Assembly (NCBI GenBank): GCA_963844715.1
Contig: CAWJPJ010000008.1
Coordinates: 256,001-320,000 of the forward strand
DNA: 64,000 bases
Source: an uncultured Phycisphaerales bacterium
Lineage (GTDB): Bacteria > Planctomycetota > Phycisphaerae > Tepidisphaerales > Tepidisphaeraceae
Reading direction: 5' to 3'
The number at the start of each line of letters is the position of its first letter. Position 1 is the first letter of the stretch. The notes beneath the pieces were generated by a model. The model was given only the letters and a program-made list of their open reading frames with translations, was not told the origin of the DNA and made no database searches. A program made the translations under genes and the position numbers. Below are positions 52,223 through 64,000 of this stretch, piece after piece.

Positions 52223-53955
52223 ATGGGACGCAAATGGGGCCGGTGGGGGTGGTTCTTGTTGGCTGTTTCGCCGGCGATTGTGCCGCTGTCGCTGATCCTC
52301 AATTACGGCTTTGATTTTCATTATTTTGACGAATGGATGCCGGACATGGCCGGGGTCCTCCTCAAGGCTCACGCCCACCAACTCACGCTCGGCGACATCC
52401 TGGCGCAGCACAATGAACATCGCCCGGCGGTGATGCGGCTGATTTGGGTGGCGATCGATCCCATCACGCATTGGAACAACGTGGGGGACCTGTTGGCGGC
52501 GTGGTTGCTGGTCGCGGCCACGTCGGTGCTGGTCTGGCTGCTGATTCGCCGGACGCAACCGGAGGGCGGGAGGTTACCCCTCTGGTTCCTTTGCAACATT
52601 CTGATTTTTTCGGTGGCGCAGATCGAAAATTGGCTTTGGGGAATGGGGCTGCAAAATTTCTCCCCGGCGTTTTTTATGTTGGCGACTTTTTGGGTCGCGG
52701 GGTCGAGGCTGCGGATTTGGGGCCGATTGGTTCTGTGCCTGGGGCTGGCGACTTTGGCGACGTTTTCCTCGGGAAACGGAATTCTCGCCTGGCCGCTGGG
52801 AGGCATCCTGCTGCTTTGGGGCGATGATTCCGACTTGCGAAAGGCGAAAAAATGGGTCGCGGCGGTTTGGCTGGCGGCGTGCGGGCTGGTCGTTTTTCTG
52901 TATTACCACGGATATCACTCGCCGGGATTTGAGGGCAATCCCTACGCGAGAACTTTTTCGGCGATCACGCTGTGGACGCTGGCGTTCATGGGATCGCCGT
53001 TTCCTCATTTCGGGAACGTTCAGGGGGCGGTCGACCGGATGGTTCCGGGCGCGGTGGTGCTGGCGGTAGTGTTTGCCTCGGCAATTTACTTCTGCAAGCT
53101 CTGGAAATGCGGGAGGCAGGAAACGTGCGACCGAATTCTGCCGTGGTTGATGGTGGCGGGGTTTGGAGTTTTGAGCGGCCTGAGCGCGGCGTTTTTCCGC
53201 GCCGGGTTTGGACCGGAGCAGGCGGTGAGCGCGCGGTACGTGTCGGCAGCGATTTACACCCCGATCGCCCTTGTGAATTTGGTGGCGATTTTTTTCGGCG
53301 CGGGGCGCTGGAAGCCGGCGCCAGCTGTGCTGGCGGCCGCGCTGGTCCTGTCGCAGGTGATCATTATTCCCAGCGCGATCGATGCGGCGCGGCGCGAGAG
53401 GAGAAGCTTCGGCTGGGGAAGGGGGCGCTGCTGCTGGTGAACATCTTGCCCGACGATCCGGAAAGCGCTCAGTACGGCCCCTATTGGCCGGCGGAGTTGG
53501 TGGCGACGGCCAACGCGCTGAGTGCGATGGGAGATTTGCATCCACGGCTGATCGCCTCGGACCAAGCCGCGCAGATTGCGCGGCAGAACAACGGTGATCG
53601 GCGCGATGCAGAAGGGGAGATCGACAGCTTTACCGAGGATGCAAAGGGTTCGATGGTGGCGGGAGGCTGGGCGTATTTTCCGCAACTGGGGCGTTCGGTG
53701 AGCTGCGTTTTTCTGACCTATCGGGATGCGGAGGATCGACCGATCATCTTCGCCGCGGCGAAAATGGGATTTGATCGGCCGGACCTGGCGGGCAATCTCC
53801 CGCTCGAGGCGACCGGGCGCTGCGGCTGGCAGGCGATCGTCGATCCGGGCAAGATTCCTCAACCCATTCGCGCCACCATTCTGGAGGCGTGGGCGTTGGA
53901 CGTGGAGACGGGACTGGCGACGCCACTGGATCATGGAATCCCGATCCGGAGGTAG
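52223..53955 (+). CDS. Polytopic membrane protein, putative GT-C glycosyltransferase, paralog 3 (frameshift near 53400)
   Basis: HYFDEW, LAQHNEHR, ENWLWG, SARY; C-terminal GWA..RPDL..GW. Confidence 0.78.
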
Positions 53956-54015
53956 CGTGCATATTTTTGTTGGCTGAGGGGGCGCATGAAGAGCATGAGT
54001 GATGCGCGGCGTGCG

Positions 54016-54452
54016 TTAGCCCCATTTGTGCGGGCAGGATTGGCAGTGATATCTGGGCGGCATATAGGGAAGCATGCCGAGGAGGAGAATGTCCAGAAGT
54101 TTCCAACGCCAGGGAAGGGGGACTTTCTTGACCGCGGTTGAGCCGCAGCGCGGGCACCAGGTGAGGCCCATCTGGAAGGCCTTGATGATCAGATCGGCGC
54201 GGGTAGATCGGATTCGCGGACAAGCAATTCGACCTCCTGCTCGGGGGAGGTTGAGCCCATGAGGGATTGAATGTTGGCGCTGGCGAGGGATTTTTTGAGC
54301 GAGTGCCACTGGGCGACGCTGCGACAGCGCGTGGCGACGGCCCAACTGGCGGGGGCGGGCGGAGCTTGTCTGAAATAGTCGAGGGGTTCGACGGGACTCG
54401 GGCGAGGAGGAGGCTGAGGGGGGAGAGGCGGGGGCGTTTGATTGGATTCCAT
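54016..54452 (-). CDS. DUF2007-like protein with C-terminal zinc ribbon (frameshift near 54200)
   Basis: WAVATRCRS..KSLASANI..VELLVRESD; CPRCGS...CQSCPHKW. Confidence 0.65.
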
Positions 54453-54583
54453 GGGTTTGGTCCGCTGGGCTTATTTTAGCGGAATTGCTGCGCGGAATTC
54501 GCATATTTTGGGGTGGGCGAGGAAATTCAACCTGCGAAAAAAGATCGATTGAAAGAGGAGCGGGGGGATTAAGATTGGGGATT

Positions 54584-55150
54584 ATGGCGCGAAAGATTCG
54601 CTGCTCGTGGGTTCCGGAGGACAAGGCGGATTACGTGCGCTATCACGACGAGGAATGGGGCAGGGCGGTGCACGAAGATCGGAAGCTGTTTGAGATGCTG
54701 ATTCTCGAGGGGGCGCAGGCGGGATTGAGCTGGTACACGATTCTGAAACGGCGGGAGGGGTATCGGAGGGCGTTCAGGAATTTCGAGCCGGGGAAAGTGG
54801 CGAAGATGACGGATGGGGAATTGAAAAAGGTGCTGGCGACGGGGGACATTATTCGCAATCGGCTGAAAGTTTTTTCGACGCGGAAGAACGCGATCGTGTT
54901 CTTATCGATCCAGAAGGAATTCGGGTCGTTTGACGCTTATGTTTGGGGGTTCGTTGGGGGGAAGCCGAAGGTGAACCGGCCGGAGTCGATGAAGGAAGTG
55001 GCGGCTCGGACGGTCGAATCGGATGCGCTGGCCAAGGATTTGAAGAAGCGCGGGATGAGTTTTGTGGGGTCGACGATTATGTACGCGTTTATGCAGGCGG
55101 TGGGGTTGGTGGATGACCATATGCGGGGGTGCTTTAGGGCGGGGAAATAG
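54584..55150 (+). CDS. tag: DNA-3-methyladenine glycosylase I
   Basis: RCSW, YHDEEWG, LEGAQAGLSW, IIRNRLK, FVGSTIMYAFMQAVG, DHMRGC. Confidence 0.95.
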   Translation: MARKIRCSWVPEDKADYVRYHDEEWGRAVHEDRKLFEMLILEGAQAGLSWYTILKRREGYRRAFRNFEPGKVAKMTDGELKKVLATGDIIRNRLKVFSTRKNAIVFLSIQKEFGSFDAYVWGFVGGKPKVNRPESMKEVAARTVESDALAKDLKKRGMSFVGSTIMYAFMQAVGLVDDHMRGCFRAGK

Positions 55151-55191
55151 CCGGGGCAGCGGGACCTGGAAAAAATCGTATCCAAGCCAGA

Positions 55192-55220
55192 TTGACAAAT
55201 ATAACACATGGTATTATAGT
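55192..55220 (+). promoter_or_regulatory. Sigma70 promoter of the toxin-antitoxin operon with overlapping imperfect palindrome
   Basis: TTGACA (55192-55197), 17-bp spacer, TATAGT (55215-55220); tataac-acatg-gtattata dyad in the spacer. Confidence 0.8.
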
Positions 55221-55227
55221 ATGGGTC

Positions 55228-55584
55228 TTGCGCTGGACGCTGATCCAACTGGCGGGTTTTCAGAACCTATGGTCCAGGGAGAGGCTTCTGGACGAGGATT
55301 TGCGATCGCTCGAGACGGCGATTATGCGCGATCCGGCCGGGGCGCCAGTGATGAAGGGAACGGGCGGGCTGCGGAAAATCCGATATGCCCCCTCATCGCG
55401 CGGCAAAGGCAAGAGCGGGTCGATGCGCGTCGGGTTCGCCCAGTTTCCTCAATTCGGGCGAATCTATCTGGTGACGCTATTTCTGAAGAAGGACGCGGAA
55501 AATCTAAGCGCAGCCGATCGCAAAGCAATCAAAGCGGCGTTGGAAGGTTTGGAAGAAGCGCTGAAGAAAGGAAGAAATCCGTGA
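55228..55584 (+). CDS. RelE/HigB family toxin
   Basis: PAGAPVMKGTGGLRKIRY..GKGKSGSMRV..IYLVTLFLKKDAENLS. Confidence 0.88.
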   Translation: MRWTLIQLAGFQNLWSRERLLDEDLRSLETAIMRDPAGAPVMKGTGGLRKIRYAPSSRGKGKSGSMRVGFAQFPQFGRIYLVTLFLKKDAENLSAADRKAIKAALEGLEEALKKGRNP

Positions 55585-55952
55585 AGGAAGAGAACAGGAA
55601 ATCTCGAAAGTCGACGCGCGGGATGACTGCCAAGGGGCGGGAAATTGTCGCGTCGCTGCGCGAAGCCATGGAGGTGGAGAGAGCCGGGGTCGCGGTTGAG
55701 TCTCGCTTTACGGTGCGCACGGTGGAATTGCCGGACGATCCGCGACAGTATGGCCCGGATGCGGTGCGAGCGACGCGCGGGAGGATCGGCGTGAGCCAGG
55801 CGATCTTCGCGCATTTGATGGGAGTGTCGCCGATGCTGGTTCGGGCGTGGGAGCAGGGGCAGCGGGTACCGGCAAAGTGGGCTCGCCGGCTGCTGGACGA
55901 AGTGAACCGCGATCCCAGGCATTGGCGGGGATTGTTTCGCAAGGCTTCGTGA
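55581..55952 (+). CDS. HigA-like HTH antitoxin
   Basis: GTGA overlap with the toxin; VRATRGRIGVSQAIFAHLMGVSPMLVRAWEQGQRVP. Confidence 0.88.
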   Translation: MKEENRKSRKSTRGMTAKGREIVASLREAMEVERAGVAVESRFTVRTVELPDDPRQYGPDAVRATRGRIGVSQAIFAHLMGVSPMLVRAWEQGQRVPAKWARRLLDEVNRDPRHWRGLFRKAS

Positions 55953-55953
55953 A

Positions 55954-57053
55954 TCACACCGACGCCGCCAGCAATTGTTCCGCCGCAAATCGCAGTTGCT
56001 CCTCCGGCAATTCCGGGTAGATCGGGAGCGCCAGGACTTCCTTGCAGGCTCGTTCGCTTTGGGGGAAGTCGCCGGGTTTGTGGTTGAGGTAGCTGAAGCA
56101 TTCCTGTAAGTGCAGGGGGAGGGGGTAATAGATGGCGGAGCCGACGCCTTTTTCCTGGAGTTTTTGTTTGACCTGGTCGCGGTTGGGGACTCTGACGACG
56201 TACTGGTTGTAAATGCTCCAATTGCCTTCGTCGATGTGGGGGGTGATGACGTTGCCGCCGGCCAGGAGCTGGTCGTATAGGGCGGCGTTTTTTCTTCTTG
56301 CGTTGTGCCAGGTTTCCAGGTGGGGGAGCTTGACGCTTAGGACGGCGGCCTGGACGGCGGCCATGCGGAACATGCCGCCGATGAATTTGTGGTGATATTG
56401 GTGGCCGGAGCCGTGGACGCGGAGGAGGCGGCAGTCTTCCGCAAACTGGTCGTTGTCGGTGCAGATGGCGCCGGCGTCGCCGAAGGCGCCGAGATTTTTG
56501 GTCGGGTAGAAGCTGAGGCATCCCGCGAAGACGCCGGCGCAGGCGCGGACGTCGTGGCGGCGGGCGCCGATGGCCTGGGCGGCGTCCTCGAGGACCTTGA
56601 TGTCGTGTTTTTGGGCGATTTCGTTGATGGCTTCGCGGTTGTGAAGCTGCCCGAAGAGATCGACGGGCATGATGGCGCGGGTTTTTTTTGTGATTTTGGC
56701 GGCGATTTTATTGGGGTCGATGTTGAAGGTGTCGGGCTCGATGTCGACGAAAACGGGTTTGGCGCAGAGGCGGGCGACGCAACCGGCGGTGGCGAAAAAC
56801 GTGAAGGTGGGGAGGATGACTTCGTCGCCGGGCTTGATGCCGATGCCCATGAGGCGCAGAGGAGTGCGTCGGTGCCGCTGGATACGCCGACGGCGTGTTT
56901 GGTGCCGCAATAGGCGGCGAGATTCTTCTCGAATTTTTCGACGTGATGGCCGAGGATGAGGGCCTGATTATCGAAAACTTCGTCGACGGCGCGGCGGATT
57001 TCTTCGCGGAGCGGGGGGTATTGCGCGGTGAGGTCTAAAAGTTTGACGTTCAT
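55954..57053 (-). CDS. DegT/DnrJ/EryC1/StrS aminotransferase (frameshift near 56860)
   Basis: GVSSGTDAL, PTFTFFAT, EDAAQAIGA, SFYPTKNLGAFGDAG, LALPIYPEL. Confidence 0.93.
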
Positions 57054-57180
57054 GGTAACAACAAATTACGGCGCGCGGGGGAAAAGTAAAAGAGAGTGGG
57101 TAGGGGAAGGGTTGTGCGAATTATTCTTGTGTTGGGCGATTTCAGTCGATTGATGAATGGATTGATCGGTTGCGATTTTC

Positions 57181-57373
57181 GTGCCGATGTACGCGCGTTG
57201 GCTCGTATGGGAGAAGGCGTCGCCGATTTGATGGCGTTGGGCTGGCCTGATGAGGGGGGACGGTCCTTTTCGCGAGGGGGGACTGGGGAGTCGCCGCCTG
57301 CGGCGGCAGATGTAAAAGGAGTTTCGAGCTTCACGCTCGACCTCAACCGTCCTTCACCGCCCATGTCCGACCT
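57181..57373 (-). other. Repeated structured non-coding element, copy C
   Basis: Aligns to 34247-34440, e.g. ttttcgcgagg, gagtcgccgcctg, tttcgagc..gctcgacctcaa, gtccttcac, tgtccgacct. Confidence 0.6.
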
Positions 57374-57491
57374 GCCCATTTTATTTGGATGGTCACACGA
57401 CTAGAACTGCTGCGGGGGCGCGGGGTCGAGCGTTGAGTCGGGGTGGCTGGCCGCTTCGCAGGGAGGCTTCGATTGGTATGATGTTCGGTTC

Positions 57492-58977
57492 ATGGAAGAA
57501 TCGGTACGGGCGCAGGGCAGGGGGGGAAGAGATTACCTTGTGTTGCGCTGGCGTTGATTGTGATTGTGACGGCGTTTGTGCGGCCGGGGGATACGTCTTG
57601 GATCAACGATGAGCCGAAGCTGCTGAAGCTGGCGCTGCTTTATAATCAGGGGCATTTTGCGGAGATTGGGTTTCGGGTTCCGTTCACTTCGGCGACGTTG
57701 GGGGTTTTTGGATTGGTGGGGATGCGCGGGCGCGGTATGGGCCGGCGCCGATCTGGCTGTATCAGATATTTCTCGGCATCACGCATGATCCGGTCGTGAT
57801 GGTCATGATGCGGGCGGTGATTTTCAGTTCGGTTACGGCGCTCGCGCTGGCGTGGTTGCTGCGGACTTTGAATTGGAATCCCTGGCTGGCGGTGGTGACG
57901 ATGCTGTCGCCTTGGTTGTGGCACTATAGCCGGCAGATTTGGGATAATAGTTTTTGTATTCCGCTTTCGGCGCTGCTCGTCGCGGGGTATGCGGATTATT
58001 TGAAGAGGAATCGGTTGTGGGCGATGGGCGTTGCGGCGGCGGCGGCCGGGCTTTTGCCTTTGACGCATTTGATGAGTTTGGCGCTGCTGGCGCCGGTTGG
58101 GTTGCATCTGGTTTTGCGGCGGGCGAATTGGCCGCGGGGAGTGGGGGTGGCGGCGGTTGTGTTTACGGCGGTGGAGATTCCGGCTTGGCCGTATTGGGAT
58201 TGGCTTGCGAATAACTATTCGCCGGCGATTGAGCCGGGGCGCTCGCCATACGCGGGATATTTTTATCCGTTGCTGGGGGGGCATCATCTTTCCGCGGTGG
58301 GATTGTCGAATCTTCTGGGTCGGAAGTGGGTGTATGGTTTGCCGGGGGTGTGGCCTTATCTGATTTTGGTCGCGGCGTATTTTTCGGGGATCGCTTATGT
58401 GGCGGTGTGGATCGGGATTGTGCGCGCGGCGCGGGAGGGGCGGCGCGTCGTGCGGCGGATGAACGCGTCGCTGGCGGATCATCTGTCGTTGATCGCGCTG
58501 GGGACTTTGGCGGTCCAGGTGTGGATGGATGGAACGCAGCGCGTTTATGGCGGGCCGCATTATTTCAATGCGACTTGGATCGCGTATGCGATTTTGGGGT
58601 ATCGAACGTTTCAGATGTTGCCTGCGAAATGGGGGAAGTGCGTTCTTTGGGCGTATGGGGGCTCACTGGGGTTTGTACTGGTGTCGGTGATGGTGCTGAT
58701 TGGACGAAATGGGGGAGCGCAGGGTTTGGGATGGGGGCCGGCGCTTTCGCAGCAGGTGGCGGTGGTGCGGGAGATCGGGAATACGCCGCTGGAGGGCGGG
58801 GGGGCACAGAGTCAGGCGGTGGCGAATTGGCGGGTTTGCCCGTGGGAGTATGACTATTTGAAGGAGTTGCTGGTGGACCCGGCGGAGCCGCCGCGGGCGG
58901 GGGTGGTGGCGATCGTGAAAGATCGGGATCAGTGGGCGGGGGATGCGCAAATTGTGGTGGAGTTTGCGCCGCAGTAG
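57492..58977 (+). CDS. Polytopic membrane protein, putative GT-C glycosyltransferase (two frameshifts)
   Basis: SWINDEP acidic motif after the first TM; SPWLWHYSRQIWDNSF; many TM helices. Confidence 0.7.
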
Positions 58978-59060
58978 TGGAAACAAGTTATTCCTTGAGT
59001 CGCGGCACGCGGCGCATATCATCTTTCGGCTCACCAACCTTCGAAGGAACGAATTAAAAT

Positions 59061-61727
<2,667 letters not shown>

Positions 61728-61731
61728 GTTC

Positions 61732-61971
61732 ATGAGTAAGAGCAAACTGAAATTCGAATACGACCAAAGCGTCGACGCCGCATATCTGACGCTGGGTCGG
61801 GGCAGGGTGAGCGGCTCCGAAGAGGTGCAGCCTGGCGTCGTGGTCGATTTCGACGCAGACGGTCGAGTTGTCGGAGTGGAAATCCTTCGATTTGCCAAAC
61901 GCTTTGTGAACAAGGTCAAGCTCAAATCCATGTCGGCGCATCGGGGAAGGTCGCTGAAGAAATCGGCGTAG
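61732..61971 (+). CDS. DUF2283 domain protein (antitoxin-like)
   Basis: YDQSVDAAYL..GVVVDFDADGRVVGVEIL. Confidence 0.88.
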   Translation: MSKSKLKFEYDQSVDAAYLTLGRGRVSGSEEVQPGVVVDFDADGRVVGVEILRFAKRFVNKVKLKSMSAHRGRSLKKSA

Positions 61972-62073
61972 TGGCTCGATTTCGCGCGGACACAAATTCC
62001 GGCAGACTATTTTTGACTTCCGTATTGGGGTATAAGCACACCATGATCCGCCGGGCGGAGTGGTGGTGGATAG

Positions 62074-63486
62074 TTGCGTTTGGGTTGGTTGGCGCTGGCG
62101 GCGCTGGTGGTTCGGGTTTGGGGGTGTTTCGCGCCGCTTTGGTTTGACGAGATTTTCGCGCTCGTGCACGCGGTTCAGTTGCGCGGGATTGGGGATTTGT
62201 TCTTCACGGTTCACGATGACAACAAACATCATTTGATGTCGCTTTGGATGTGGGTTGCGGGGGCGAATCGCGGGTATTTTGTTTACCGGATTCCGAGTTT
62301 GCTGGCGGGATTGGCGATGCCGCCGCTGGTATATCTGGCGGCTCGGCCGCGGCATGGGAAGCTGGTGGCGTTCCTGGCGGCTTTCTTTGCCCTGACGAGT
62401 TTTCAGATCATCGATTTGTCTTGCGAGGCGCGGGGGTACTCGCTGGGGATGGCGTTTGCGGCGGGGGCTTGGGTTTGTTGCGGGAGATATCTGAGAAGCC
62501 GCTGTGTGGGGGCGGCGGTTGCGTTCTGGGGTTGTTGTGCGCTGGGGTTTTTGTCGCAACTGACTTTTTTGTATGCGTATACGGGGTTTGTGTTTTGGTC
62601 GGCGTGGGAAATGCGACAGGGTTCCTGGGTCTCCTGGTGGAGGGGTCTGATCGTTCTGCATTTTCCGGTGGTGGTCGGGCTGGCGTGGCTGTGGATCTTC
62701 GATCTGCGATTTTTCCACTACATCGGCGGGCCGCATCTGACGCTGCACGAGTTGTACGCTATGTATATGAGCCAGACGTTCAATATTCCGGGCGGATGGG
62801 AAAATTCGCTGGGTGTGGTGACGCTCATTTTGATGATCTTGGGAATCGTTTTGATGGTGCGGCGTGGGAAAGAGGACTGGCCGTTGTATGTGGGGGTGAT
62901 CGTTTGCATGGCTTGGGCGATCGATCACCGGATATCGGCGAATGTCGCGCCGCGGTATTTGGTTTTGGGTGCGCCGTTTCTGATGGTGCCGTTGGGGGTG
63001 GTATTGGAATCGGTGGCGGCGGGACCGAGTTTGCGATCAGGCGGGGCATCCCTCCCCCAATCCTCCCCCGGAGTACCGGGAGAGGGGGAAGGGAGAGTTG
63101 GCCTGGGGGATGCGGCGGTGTTTTGCGCGGCGATTTTGTTTGGGGTGGGCGGCGTGTGGCGCGGGGCGGAGGTTTTTTGCGGGGATAGGCATGGGTACGT
63201 GGAGGCGATTGAGTTTATGGCGCGGAACTCGAGGACGCCGGTGGGGACGGTGGATTGCGGGTGGGATGATTACGTGAATGCGTTGACGTTTGATTTTTAT
63301 TGCAAGCGTGCGGGGGAGAAATCGCTCTGGCCGGGCGTGGCGCCGGCGCAGTGGTGGGTGACCGGGCCGCTGGTGGATGCGGAGCGGATTCGGCGCGGCG
63401 AGCACGCGTATCGCCTGGTGGAAATTTTTCCGAATCGTGGGGCCGGAGCGGGATGGAATCTCTATGAAATCGACGATCAAAAGTGA
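62074..63486 (+). CDS. GT-C (family 39/RgtA-like) membrane glycosyltransferase with in-frame repeat insertion
   Basis: LWFDE, RIPSLLAG, SCEARGYSL, PRYL; start uncertain. Confidence 0.8.
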   Translation: MRLGWLALAALVVRVWGCFAPLWFDEIFALVHAVQLRGIGDLFFTVHDDNKHHLMSLWMWVAGANRGYFVYRIPSLLAGLAMPPLVYLAARPRHGKLVAFLAAFFALTSFQIIDLSCEARGYSLGMAFAAGAWVCCGRYLRSRCVGAAVAFWGCCALGFLSQLTFLYAYTGFVFWSAWEMRQGSWVSWWRGLIVLHFPVVVGLAWLWIFDLRFFHYIGGPHLTLHELYAMYMSQTFNIPGGWENSLGVVTLILMILGIVLMVRRGKEDWPLYVGVIVCMAWAIDHRISANVAPRYLVLGAPFLMVPLGVVLESVAAGPSLRSGGASLPQSSPGVPGEGEGRVGLGDAAVFCAAILFGVGGVWRGAEVFCGDRHGYVEAIEFMARNSRTPVGTVDCGWDDYVNALTFDFYCKRAGEKSLWPGVAPAQWWVTGPLVDAERIRRGEHAYRLVEIFPNRGAGAGWNLYEIDDQK

Positions 63487-64000
63487 ACGATCCCGGTCGC
63501 TGTATCGGCGGATTCTGGAGATTGTGCCGATCGCGGGCGGGCCGAGCGAGCTGCTGGCATTGGCGGCAGTTGAGATGCGGCGTCTGCGCGGAGGGAAGCA
63601 CAAAAACGGCGAATCGAAATTGTTCGTTGGGTTTGAGGAATTGCTGGGGCGGGACGAGGCGCTGGGGTTGATTTATCAGGCGATCAATTCTCCGGCGCTG
63701 GAATCGGCGTATCGCGCGACGGCGCGGACGGGGCGGAAGTTTTCGGAAGCGGAGATTCCGGCGGTGACTCAGCTCTTCACACCGCGATGGGTGGTGGAAT
63801 TTTTGCTGCACAACACGCTGGGTCGATTGTGGCGGCGGATGCATCCGCGAACTCGGCTGCGATGGAAGTGGATGGTGAAGGAGGATGAGACTCCCTTGCC
63901 GGTGCGGCCGGTGGCGGAATTGCGGATTTGCGATCCGGCTTGCGGGACGATGAATTTCGGGCTGGTGGCGATGGAGATGCTTCGGGAAATGTATCGGGAG
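63464..64000 (+). CDS. PglX-like (BREX-type) N6-adenine DNA methyltransferase, runs off the window
   Basis: Open frame MKSTIKSERS...EALGLIYQ...IPAVTQLFTPRWVVEFLLHNTLGRLW...ICDPACGTMNF; absent from the ORF track because it has no stop in the window. Confidence 0.8.
   Translation, partial: MKSTIKSERSRSLYRRILEIVPIAGGPSELLALAAVEMRRLRGGKHKNGESKLFVGFEELLGRDEALGLIYQAINSPALESAYRATARTGRKFSEAEIPAVTQLFTPRWVVEFLLHNTLGRLWRRMHPRTRLRWKWMVKEDETPLPVRPVAELRICDPACGTMNFGLVAMEMLREMYRE

Noticed and set aside
57300..57362. Hammerhead ribozyme in the structured element (UGAGG..stem..GAAAC)
   Set aside because: Lacks the CUGANGA core and a third stem; resemblance is superficial

Overview
GC-rich bacterial chromosome segment, most likely Planctomycetota (Phycisphaerae-like). 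This is an inference from the DUF1559/H-X9-DG protein, PEP-CTERM protein, ECF sigma factor with a membrane extension and two-domain QueD. It holds a c-di-GMP/two-component signalling cluster (two hybrid kinases, REC-GGDEF, GGDEF-EAL, FIST, EAL), housekeeping genes (glmS, hemC, valS, rpe, pgk, hisI, queD, gyrB, tag, acnA) and tRNA-Ser(GGA). It also holds six putative GT-C-type membrane glycosyltransferases (three are tandem paralogs), several toxin-antitoxin modules or remnants, and the 5' part of a PglX-like methyltransferase at the right edge. Many genes, including essential ones, are split by frameshifts, which points to uncorrected long-read errors rather than true pseudogenes. The most striking signal is non-coding. 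(i) Intergenic elements built from tandem 7-9-mers, often followed by an inverted copy, occur empty; in addition, a GxxExxY gene lies inside a 33-bp inverted repeat and a retropepsin gene inside a 45-bp direct repeat. (ii) A CCCCTCACCC...GAGTAC...GGGGAGAGGG palindromic family has inserted in frame into valS and a second protein. (iii) A ~190-bp multi-hairpin element with conserved stems and variable loops occurs upstream of two unrelated genes and is a candidate novel ncRNA or MITE. No database searches were run; all family assignments come from motif recognition.
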